A DNA stretch of 64,000 nt. Source: Alphaproteobacteria bacterium (GTDB taxonomy: Bacteria; Pseudomonadota; Alphaproteobacteria; UBA9219; RGZA01). The stretch's first letter is position 1, and every line of letters begins with the position of its first letter. Location of the stretch: contig JANRLI010000005.1 of the NCBI GenBank assembly GCA_033762625.1, positions 170,835 to 234,834 of the forward strand, given 5' to 3'. Positions 40,075 through 48,064 of the stretch are shown one piece after another. The notes beneath the pieces are model-generated. The model searched no databases, was not told where the DNA came from, and was given only the letters and a program-made list of their open reading frames with translations. Both the position numbers and the translations under genes were made by a program.

Positions 40075-40972
40075 TCATCGTGCTCATTTGGAAAAGCCGC
40101 CTGCAAAAAGCTTTAAAAGCTTTTTTGCTGCGCTGATGGTTTGTGCATTGCTGATTGTATTCAGTCATGTTGCGCATGCCGACAATGAAGAAAACCGTGA
40201 TGCGCCTGCTCCGCCGCCACCCAATTTCAACCAGATGCAATCATGGCTGAAGATTAAAGATGAGGATGATGACGAGCACGAAGAAGAAGCCAAGAAAAAA
40301 ATTGGCGTACAAATTCGCGTTGATGCATTGAAAGAAGCCGCGTTGTCGTATGGCGCGCGTGGCGGCCTTGCATGGCGCACATTCCAAATCCAGCGGCGCC
40401 TTGCAGAAAACGAAGGAAATATTTCCAAGATTTTCAATTTCGGCAATTTGCTGATTGCGGCGCCATCCGGCTTGATGATTGAACCACCCGTTGTCACTGA
40501 AGCCCAAAAAGCCGTGATTATCAATTCAGGCGGACAAAATGCAGCCGTTGCTGACCGCGTGTACCGCATTAACCGGAATGCGCGTATTGTCACCGCGCCA
40601 AAAAACTGGCGCGCTTATCTGGAACGTGATTGGGGTAGGGTAGAGCCACCCCCTAGCGCCCTTGTCCCTAAAAATGAGGAAGAGCTGCTGCATTGGCGCC
40701 GCCAGCTGGCTCTTGGCTGGGAAGAGGGAATTAAGCAGGCAGATGACATATTTCAGGCCGATTTAGACCGTTTGAATACGGATTATTTAGGAATGGTAAG
40801 GTATCGTGAACTGTTGGCTCAGGGCATTATCACGCCGCCTTACGCCACGCAGGAAGACAGAGGCGTAACCGGTGGTGGCAGCGAAATGCGTATTGGCGAT
40901 CGCGGCCTCGTCATTACCGGCCCCTCGCAATTTAACCCGAAGAGTGAACGATGGATCACGGCTCCGCGCTAG
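40031..40972 (+). CDS. dotC: T4BSS outer-membrane core protein DotC (TraI-like)
   Basis: Signal peptide (ALMVCALLIVFSHVAHA). It lies between dotD and dotB and overlaps both neighbours. The conserved-looking core reads YGARGGLAWRTFQI...LIAAPSGLMIEPP. Confidence 0.7.
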   Translation: MICIMHRPMDSTITNHRAHLEKPPAKSFKSFFAALMVCALLIVFSHVAHADNEENRDAPAPPPPNFNQMQSWLKIKDEDDDEHEEEAKKKIGVQIRVDALKEAALSYGARGGLAWRTFQIQRRLAENEGNISKIFNFGNLLIAAPSGLMIEPPVVTEAQKAVIINSGGQNAAVADRVYRINRNARIVTAPKNWRAYLERDWGRVEPPPSALVPKNEEELLHWRRQLALGWEEGIKQADDIFQADLDRLNTDYLGMVRYRELLAQGIITPPYATQEDRGVTGGGSEMRIGDRGLVITGPSQFNPKSERWITAPR

Positions 40973-42153
40973 CACAAGGTCAAGGTCTTGTAGTCGGTTC
41001 CCAGGAAATGGATTTCTGGCCGGATGAACCGCCGCGTATTCGCGTCGAGCTGGTTGATGATTTGATTTTGTGGTGCGTGATGCAACGCGCCAGCGATATT
41101 ACCATTCAATCGGATCGTCCGACGTATATTGAAGTCGATGGAAAATTATTTCCGGTAACGCGCCGTTCGATCGACAGTGCCGACATCGCTGCGTTTGTTA
41201 CCAAGATGTATGGTCTCGACGCGATGGCCGCGTTGACGGCGGGTAAAGATCTGGATTTGTCTTATGAAATCCGTGTTGATCGAAATACGCGCTTCCGCTT
41301 CCGCGTTAACATCACCGCAATTTTAAGCAAGGGGCGTGACGGTGTTTCCATTACCATGCGCGTTCTTCCCAACATTCCTCCACGCATGAGCGATTTGGGA
41401 ATTGAAAAAGAATTGATCGATGCATGGTCACCACGTCAGGGCCTTGTGTTTGTAACTGGCCCAACGGGTTCTGGTAAAACAACGCTGCTGGCCGCTGGTA
41501 CACGGATGCTCATCGAACGCCCCGAGGGCGCCGGAAAAATGCTGACCTATGAAGCGCCGATTGAATATGTGTATGACCAGATTATCGGCCCGCATAGCGT
41601 CATCGCGCAAAGTGAAATTCCGCGCAACCTGCCAAGCTTTGCTGCTGGTGTGCGTAACTCGCTCCGCCGCAAACCCAACATCATTCTGGTCGGTGAAGCG
41701 CGTGACCGTGAAACAGTTTCTGCCGCGATTGAAGCAGGACAAACAGGTCACTTGGTCTATGCCACAACCCATACGATTGGTGTTGCGGCAACAGTTCGCC
41801 GTCTGGTGAGTGTGTTTGAATCAGGCGAACGTCTTGAACGCGCCTATGCGCTGATTGAAACGACGCGTTTGATTGTCACGCAAGCGCTAGTTCCCCGTGT
41901 GGGCGGCGGACGTATTGCGCTGCGCGAATATCTGATTTTTGATGAACATGTACGCGAACATCTTTTGGAAACGCCATTGGAAAACTGGACCGCAGAAACC
42001 CAGAACATGCTCGAAAAATATGGTCGCACCATGCAAAAATCCGCGAATGCGATTTATAGCCAGGGCTTGATTGACCGCCGCCATTATCTGTTGCTGTCCC
42101 GCGGCTTTGGCGAAGAAAATATTGATGAAAAACCAGCTGGTCACGCGCAGTAA
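40951..42153 (+). CDS. dotB: T4BSS ATPase DotB (TraJ-like, PilT-class)
   Basis: Walker A GPTGSGKTTLL, Walker B/Asp box ILVGEARD and His box-like YATTHT. Confidence 0.9.
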   Translation: MDHGSALAQGQGLVVGSQEMDFWPDEPPRIRVELVDDLILWCVMQRASDITIQSDRPTYIEVDGKLFPVTRRSIDSADIAAFVTKMYGLDAMAALTAGKDLDLSYEIRVDRNTRFRFRVNITAILSKGRDGVSITMRVLPNIPPRMSDLGIEKELIDAWSPRQGLVFVTGPTGSGKTTLLAAGTRMLIERPEGAGKMLTYEAPIEYVYDQIIGPHSVIAQSEIPRNLPSFAAGVRNSLRRKPNIILVGEARDRETVSAAIEAGQTGHLVYATTHTIGVAATVRRLVSVFESGERLERAYALIETTRLIVTQALVPRVGGGRIALREYLIFDEHVREHLLETPLENWTAETQNMLEKYGRTMQKSANAIYSQGLIDRRHYLLLSRGFGEENIDEKPAGHAQ

Positions 42154-42268
42154 GCGTTGCATCCAAGTGCGTTATTATTGCATTAACGGCACCGGTAATT
42201 AGTCGTTAGCAAATAGGTTTTATGATTTCATGATGATTAACCGCTAATACTTCTTTTGGAACCCCGCT

Positions 42269-42676
42269 TTGGATACACACTGGCGAAATAGTATGAAGCC
42301 CGCGCGCTTCTTTATGCTGGATGCCCGTGCGGCATGGCCGGTACTGGTCATGCTTTTGCACATGCGTATCTATACCATGATATTCGCCGTGTTTGTGATG
42401 GTGGTGTTTTATTTCCTTGAGCAGCGCGGGTTAAGTTTCTTTGCGGCGCTGCGCGCTTTCCGCGTGTGGATTGTTACCAAGAAGCGTCCGAATTACCGAC
42501 CCAGTGATTTAACGCGCATGGTCGATTTTGCATTCGAGCCTTTGCCAGAACGGTTTATCAACGAGAAACCCGTTCCAAAAACCGGATTTGCGCCCGGTGG
42601 AAAAAATAATCCAGCCGAATCAGTTGGCAGTGCACAGAATAAGGCAACTGTTCCCCCTGCCAAAAAATCTCAATAG
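42269..42676 (+). CDS. icmT: IcmT (TraK-like) small membrane protein with an extended C-terminal tail
   Basis: The N-terminus HWRNSMKPARFFMLDARAAWPVLVMLLHMRIYT matches the IcmT/TraK hallmark. The start codon is TTG. Confidence 0.72.
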   Translation: MDTHWRNSMKPARFFMLDARAAWPVLVMLLHMRIYTMIFAVFVMVVFYFLEQRGLSFFAALRAFRVWIVTKKRPNYRPSDLTRMVDFAFEPLPERFINEKPVPKTGFAPGGKNNPAESVGSAQNKATVPPAKKSQ

Positions 42677-42910
42677 AAAATCAACCAAAAGTTAATACAT
42701 TCGAAACTATTTAGGCTCTGCTTTGGCTGTAAGGCCAGAAAATTGTTGCACAAGCATCACACTTGCTATTCTCTCGCTTTCGCGACGCGGCTAAACGTTT
42801 GGCGAATAAGAATCTTCTTCCCTAAGATGCGTAAGCCAATTGAGTACCCTCACGATAGTCGTGCATCGATTTTTGGTGCAAGAGGGGATTTTTTAAAGGC
42901 AGGAATGAAC

Positions 42911-44119
42911 ATGAAAAGAAGTCAAATGGGACTATTTTATAAGGCTATTACCATCGTTTCATTTTTATCGATTGCGTTAATTGCTCACGACTTAAAAGCT
43001 GTAACGCTAGGTTCTTCGACAGCTAAACAAATCGGTTTCAGGGTTGCAAATTCCGGCACGAATGCCGCAGCCGCTCCAAGCCAAGGAATTATTGATCAGC
43101 CGCCAGTTGTTATTCAGGGGCGTTCTGGAAATGCAAATGCACCCGCAGCGCCGCGTACTCCTCAAGCACAACCTTCTGCACGTGGGGCAGCATCTCCATC
43201 CGCGCCATCCATGGCAATGGAACCCGTAGTTGAAGGATTTGGCGATAAAGTTCCGCTGACCGTTGCTATTCAACAAATCCTTCCGCAAGGCTATGGTTAC
43301 ACACTGGGTGATGGTGTTGATGCTGGCCAGCTGGTTAGCTGGCGCGGTGGCCGTCCTTGGTCAGCGGTATTGCAAGATATGCTTGGCCAGGCAGGTTTAA
43401 GCTATGCTGTAAATGGTCGTTCAGTTGCAATTAATGGTAATGGTGCATCGCCTGCCATCATCAGTGGCACACCGCGCGCAATGCCGCAACCTGCGCCCGT
43501 TGTTGTGCAGCAGCCAGTGGTAATGGATCCGCAGCCAATGCCGATGGACACACAGCCTGTTATGCAGCCACAACCACAAATGGTGATGCAACAACCTCAA
43601 CCACAAATCATCATGCAACAGCCAGTGATGCAGCCGCAACCCATGCAGCCCGTGATGATGCAACCGCAGCCACAAATGGTGATGCAGCAACCGGTCATGA
43701 TGCAACCACAGCCGCAAATGCAACCAATGATGATGCCGCAAGGGCAACAAATGGTGATGATGCAACAACCGATGATGCAAGTTGCGCCAGCTCCTGTTGC
43801 TGGCCCGCAGCCATTGCAAATCGAAAACCCGTTGGTGTTTCAGTCGCAAACATGGGAAGCGCGTCCAGGCCAAACGCTTCGCCAATTGTTGCAAGAATGG
43901 TGTACGCGCGTTGGGGTTGAGTTGAATTGGACGGCTGAATTTGATTACCCGATTATGGCATCGATGAATATGACCGGCACTTTTGAAGAAGCGGTGCGTG
44001 TACTGCTTATCGGATTTGATGGCGCGAAGCCAACGCCGCGTGGACGTTTGCATTACAACCCGGCAGCCGGACAATCGATCTTGATTGTTGAAGCTAACGG
44101 TAATCACTATGGGGACTAA
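42911..44119 (+). CDS. pilL: PilL-like type IVb pilus protein with C-terminal TcpQ-like domain
   Basis: A signal helix is followed by a beta domain (VPLTVAIQQILPQGYGY...VSWRGGRPWSAVLQDML) and a long Met/Gln/Pro repeat. The C-terminal TcpQ-type domain reads TWEARPGQTLRQLLQEWCTRVGVELNW...GTFEEAVRVLL. The ORF track start is 42743. Confidence 0.7.
   Translation: MKRSQMGLFYKAITIVSFLSIALIAHDLKAVTLGSSTAKQIGFRVANSGTNAAAAPSQGIIDQPPVVIQGRSGNANAPAAPRTPQAQPSARGAASPSAPSMAMEPVVEGFGDKVPLTVAIQQILPQGYGYTLGDGVDAGQLVSWRGGRPWSAVLQDMLGQAGLSYAVNGRSVAINGNGASPAIISGTPRAMPQPAPVVVQQPVVMDPQPMPMDTQPVMQPQPQMVMQQPQPQIIMQQPVMQPQPMQPVMMQPQPQMVMQQPVMMQPQPQMQPMMMPQGQQMVMMQQPMMQVAPAPVAGPQPLQIENPLVFQSQTWEARPGQTLRQLLQEWCTRVGVELNWTAEFDYPIMASMNMTGTFEEAVRVLLIGFDGAKPTPRGRLHYNPAAGQSILIVEANGNHYGD
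43508..43780 (+). repeat. Imperfect tandem repeat encoding a Met/Gln/Pro low-complexity linker inside pilL
   Basis: Units such as QPQPQMVMQQP and VMMQPQPQM recur, with related DNA units (cagccacaaatggtgatgcaaca...). Confidence 0.8.
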
Positions 44120-44122
44120 ACT

Positions 44123-45820
44123 ATGGCGTTGACGTTACTGCCACCACTGTTTCGTAACATGGCATTTCGCAAGAAAGCAGTTTCCTTTTTTAGCGCTGTG
44201 GCATTAATCGCTACCTTGGGCGCTTGCCAATCCGAAGATTACCGCAATACCATTAGCGAGCGTGAGCAAGTTGCCGAACAACGTGTTGATGAAGCCCGTC
44301 AACCTGCTGCCGCTAAACGCTACAATCCGCTTACCGTAACCGACAGCATCTGGACGGGTGGCCGCGCTATCCGTATGCGTCATGGCATTCCATTGCCTAC
44401 CCGTGTAGAGAGTAATCGCGCTGTGGCGCTGATTTCGCCAAGCCCAATGTCCATTCGCGCCATTGCCAATTCGGTTTCTCAGCAAACCGGTATTCCCATT
44501 CGTTTTGGAAAAGACGTGGATGATGGCAGTGGCGATGATGATGATACATCCTCATCAAGTAGCTCAAGCTCAAGCAGTTCTAGTTCGGCTGCCAAAAAGC
44601 CAGCTACCCCTTCCAAGACTGCACCAAAATCGGCTCAAGTCGGCATGCGGGTTGCTTATGAAGGTCCGCTTTCGGGATTGCTCGACCGCGTAGCAAGCCA
44701 TTTCGGCGTAAACTGGAAATATGACGGCAGTGCGCTGGTTGTGACCCGTTATGAGACGCGTACCTTTGTGATGGATGCATTACCGGGCACCCAAAAAGTC
44801 AAAGACGGGATGAAAGAGCAAACCAATAATAATGCATCGACTTCGGGCAATACGCAGGTGACCAGCGTCAGCCAGCAGGCTGGTGAACAAACATCCAGCA
44901 TGGATATTGATTTCAAGTTCTGGGATGAAGTAGGCAAAACAATTGAAACTATCTTGGGCGGTGTTGGCAGTTATTCGATGGCGCCATCATCCGGAACGAT
45001 TACAGTTATGACAACGCCGGAAGTGATGCGTGGTGTTGCGGAATACATCAATCAAGAAAATGAACGCCTTGGCCGTCAGGTAGCTATTAACGTGGAAGTG
45101 TACACCGTTGATATGAACGAAGGCGAAGACTTCAATATGAAGTTCGATACCGTCTTGCGACGTTTCACGAATTTTGGCGCGAATTTTACAGGCGCCGGTG
45201 CGCCAGCATCTACCAGCACCGGTCTTGGCAATCTTGCAGTGTCGGTCTTAAATCCTGAAACCATCGGTTCGGTAAGCGGTATTTTTAATCTGCTTTCCAA
45301 TGTCGGCAAGACGGCGCGCGTTGCGCAATTTCCGCTCACCACATTGAACAACCGTCCGGTTTCGCGTCGTATTGGCCGCGATATTGCGTATCTTGCATCG
45401 GTTCAAACCAATACCAGCCAGACATTCCAAAACACCACGCTAACGCCAGGTATTATTAAAGATGGTTTCTCCATTCAAGTAACGCCGCGCTTGCTGGGTG
45501 ATGGCCGCATTCTGTTGCAATATTCATTGTCCTTGATTGACTTAGTGGGGGCGCCTAAGACCTTTACATCGGGCGATAACCAAATCCAGTTGCCTGAAAC
45601 TGCAACCCGCTTCTTTGTACAGCAATCAATGCTGCGCAGCGGCTCGACACTCATCCTTGCCGGATTTGACCAAGATCAGGTTACGCAAAGTTCGCAAGGT
45701 GTGGGCAACCCGTATAACTACCTACTTGGTGGGGGCGTAACCAATACACGCGTACGCCAGATCCTGTTTATTGCAATGACGCCGCAGGAGATTACCTTAC
45801 CGAGGACGGAGAATGAGTAA
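44123..45820 (+). CDS. pilN: Type IVb pilus secretin, R64 PilN family
   Basis: Lipoprotein-like signal ending LGAC, an Asp4-Thr-Ser13 tract and a C-terminal secretin domain (...STLILAGFDQD...RQILFIAMTPQ). Confidence 0.8.
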   Translation: MALTLLPPLFRNMAFRKKAVSFFSAVALIATLGACQSEDYRNTISEREQVAEQRVDEARQPAAAKRYNPLTVTDSIWTGGRAIRMRHGIPLPTRVESNRAVALISPSPMSIRAIANSVSQQTGIPIRFGKDVDDGSGDDDDTSSSSSSSSSSSSSAAKKPATPSKTAPKSAQVGMRVAYEGPLSGLLDRVASHFGVNWKYDGSALVVTRYETRTFVMDALPGTQKVKDGMKEQTNNNASTSGNTQVTSVSQQAGEQTSSMDIDFKFWDEVGKTIETILGGVGSYSMAPSSGTITVMTTPEVMRGVAEYINQENERLGRQVAINVEVYTVDMNEGEDFNMKFDTVLRRFTNFGANFTGAGAPASTSTGLGNLAVSVLNPETIGSVSGIFNLLSNVGKTARVAQFPLTTLNNRPVSRRIGRDIAYLASVQTNTSQTFQNTTLTPGIIKDGFSIQVTPRLLGDGRILLQYSLSLIDLVGAPKTFTSGDNQIQLPETATRFFVQQSMLRSGSTLILAGFDQDQVTQSSQGVGNPYNYLLGGGVTNTRVRQILFIAMTPQEITLPRTENE

Positions 45821-47091
45821 TGGTTGCTGGCGTTGTCAAAGTTGGCAGGCAAACATATGCTGTAGGCCTGTTATGGCAGCCATCGCCTAGTGGCCGGGTT
45901 GCGCAGGCAGCCCGCGAAGCAGCGGCACAGCCAGGGCAGCAATCCGACTTTTATTGCGTACGCGCTGCAAGCAAGTCTGTAGCTATTCCGCAATATGGTC
46001 TGGCGCAAAGTACGCAGGGCCATAAATCCGGCATGCCTACATTGGCGGCATCACTTGCCAATGCACAGCCCGGTTCATGGGCAGGTGCGTTTCGCTTGCG
46101 CGAAGGAACATGGCTTGTAGTTGTTCGTGACGATCTGATTGCGCCGGACGGCGATATTATCTTTGATAATGACGAAGCGGCCCGTGACCGTTTGCTGCAA
46201 GAAGTAAGTCTTGGCGGCGTTCAGCGCATTTATGCCCCTGACGGATGGGCGGTTCCGGGTTCTGACCCAACACCGCTGCCTTTATTGCTTCAAGATAAGG
46301 CCGAATGCCGTTTACAGCCTGTACGCTTGCCCATGCGCCTTATTATATACGGGGCTGCCGCAGGTGCCGTTGTGCTGCTTGTTATCTTTCTTGCCTTACA
46401 ATGGCAGGCCGAACAGGAACGGATTGAGGCTGAGCAAACCGCAGCCCAGCTTAAAGCCCAGCAAGAAGCGCTTAAAAATGGCCCTATCAGCAAAATGGTA
46501 AATAAGTGGGAATGGCCCCCCGCCGACCAATGTTATGAACGCAGATGGGAAAAGGCCGCGCGGGGTACCGAAGTTGTGGAGGCCTGCCGTGCCATGTTGT
46601 CAAAGGTTCAGGCTTCCCAATTGGGCTGGAAACGCAGCACCACCATTTGCACGGATAATAAGCTGAATATCACCTGGCAGCGCGATAAGAATTTTAGTGG
46701 TCTTGTCCCGACCGATTCATCTGTTAAAGAAGATTTAAGTATGGCCACGCAAAATAGCACCGGTCCTGCGCTGACCCCGCGTGGAGCCGAGCCGTTAATG
46801 CGTGAAACTGATCTTTCAGCCTTGATGGTTCACGATCGATGGCCGGTAAGTGTTATTCGTCTTCTGGATGATCCCCCGATTGTTCAGCCGCCGCCAGACA
46901 TGAAAGATCCTCCGCCGCCACCGCCACCACCATGGCGCAAGCGCGGTGTGAAATATACGGGCAAGGTACCGCCATGGGAAATGTGGCGTTACTTTCAAGA
47001 CGTGAGTGGTTTGATGGTAGATAAGATTACGTGGGACGGTGGAACTACGTGGACGTTAGAAATAACTATTTATGAAAAGAGAGGTGGGTGA
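45820..47091 (+). CDS. pilO: PilO-like type IVb pilus biogenesis protein (R64/PAPI-1 PilO family)
   Basis: N-terminal YAVGLLWQPS motif, a central TM helix and a poly-Pro run (DPPPPPPPPW). It lies between pilN and pilP, and its start overlaps the pilN stop. Confidence 0.65.
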   Translation: MVAGVVKVGRQTYAVGLLWQPSPSGRVAQAAREAAAQPGQQSDFYCVRAASKSVAIPQYGLAQSTQGHKSGMPTLAASLANAQPGSWAGAFRLREGTWLVVVRDDLIAPDGDIIFDNDEAARDRLLQEVSLGGVQRIYAPDGWAVPGSDPTPLPLLLQDKAECRLQPVRLPMRLIIYGAAAGAVVLLVIFLALQWQAEQERIEAEQTAAQLKAQQEALKNGPISKMVNKWEWPPADQCYERRWEKAARGTEVVEACRAMLSKVQASQLGWKRSTTICTDNKLNITWQRDKNFSGLVPTDSSVKEDLSMATQNSTGPALTPRGAEPLMRETDLSALMVHDRWPVSVIRLLDDPPIVQPPPDMKDPPPPPPPPWRKRGVKYTGKVPPWEMWRYFQDVSGLMVDKITWDGGTTWTLEITIYEKRGG

Positions 47092-47092
47092 C

Positions 47093-48064
47093 ATGAGAAA
47101 CTACGCCCTGATCACTGTAGCCCTTAGCGCTTTGCTACTCGGCTTATCATTCGCCGGACAAGCGGTCGCGCAAGATGCGCTCGCTGATACGTTGCCTGCG
47201 CCTGCTTCTTCAACCACACCGCCAGCTGCTGCGCCAACACCTGCACCAGCAAGTAGCGCATTACCAAGTGCATCGACCACAACATCAGCAACTGCCCCTG
47301 TATTCACGCCAACCACAGGCGCAACGACCACCAGCACCACCACAACGACAACCACTGGCACGACGCCTACATCATCGGCAATTGTTCCAGTGCCATCATC
47401 CAGTACCACACTTCCGATTACCGGCGCTGCGGCAGCAGCGGCGGGCGGTGGTTTGAATATGTCGCCGCAAACACCCTCGGCTGTAACGGATGCGATGGCG
47501 CGTTTGCAAAAAGTTGATCAAATCAATCTCGATGACATGGTTCGTGCTCAAGATGCGATCAACCGCCTTGACCTCTTATTGGAAATTGAAAAACGTCAAA
47601 CCGAATTAAAGAAAGTTCGTGATGAACGCAACAAACCATCCGTTGCTTCCGCGACGGCCGCTGCGGCTGGCTTGCTTGGTTCAGCTATTCCTGCGGCTGC
47701 GCTGAATTTGCCAAAAATTCCTGTAGCAGATACACCTGCGGTTACTCCAAGCTTTACACCAAAAGCATCGTCATCATCTTCGTCATCGTCATCATCTACT
47801 TCTTCCAAGAGCAGCAGCGGCCCTTCGGAAAAACTGTCGATTAGACGTATTTCCGGAACTGATGGTCGTTACTTCGCCGTTATTAATTTAGAGGATAATT
47901 CGACCCAGACCGTGCATGCGGGCGATAAATTACCTGACGGAAGCTTGGTAAAATCAATTACTTTGACCAGTGTGTCCTTAATTAAGGACAAAAAAAGTAA
48001 AAATTTAACCATTCCGACGGATTCTTATATCGTTAGGGAATCTACCGGTGCTTCATTACAATAA
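47093..48064 (+). CDS. pilP: PilP-like type IVb pilus biogenesis protein
   Basis: Signal peptide, Thr- and Ser-rich tracts and the conserved C-terminal domain RISGTDGRYFAVINLEDNSTQTVHAGDKLPDGSLVKSI. GAGGTGGG lies upstream of ATG 47093. The ORF track start is 47072. Confidence 0.68.
   Translation: MRNYALITVALSALLLGLSFAGQAVAQDALADTLPAPASSTTPPAAAPTPAPASSALPSASTTTSATAPVFTPTTGATTTSTTTTTTTGTTPTSSAIVPVPSSSTTLPITGAAAAAAGGGLNMSPQTPSAVTDAMARLQKVDQINLDDMVRAQDAINRLDLLLEIEKRQTELKKVRDERNKPSVASATAAAAGLLGSAIPAAALNLPKIPVADTPAVTPSFTPKASSSSSSSSSSTSSKSSSGPSEKLSIRRISGTDGRYFAVINLEDNSTQTVHAGDKLPDGSLVKSITLTSVSLIKDKKSKNLTIPTDSYIVRESTGASLQ

Noticed and set aside
43421-44107. 228-aa minus-strand ORF rich in His, Leu and Trp repeats (LHHHHLLPLRHHHWLHLRLWLHH...)
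   Set aside because: It is the antisense reading of the Met/Gln/Pro repeat in pilL, where CAT/CAG/CTG-rich DNA stays open on both strands. It has no RBS and is fully embedded in a well-supported plus-strand gene.
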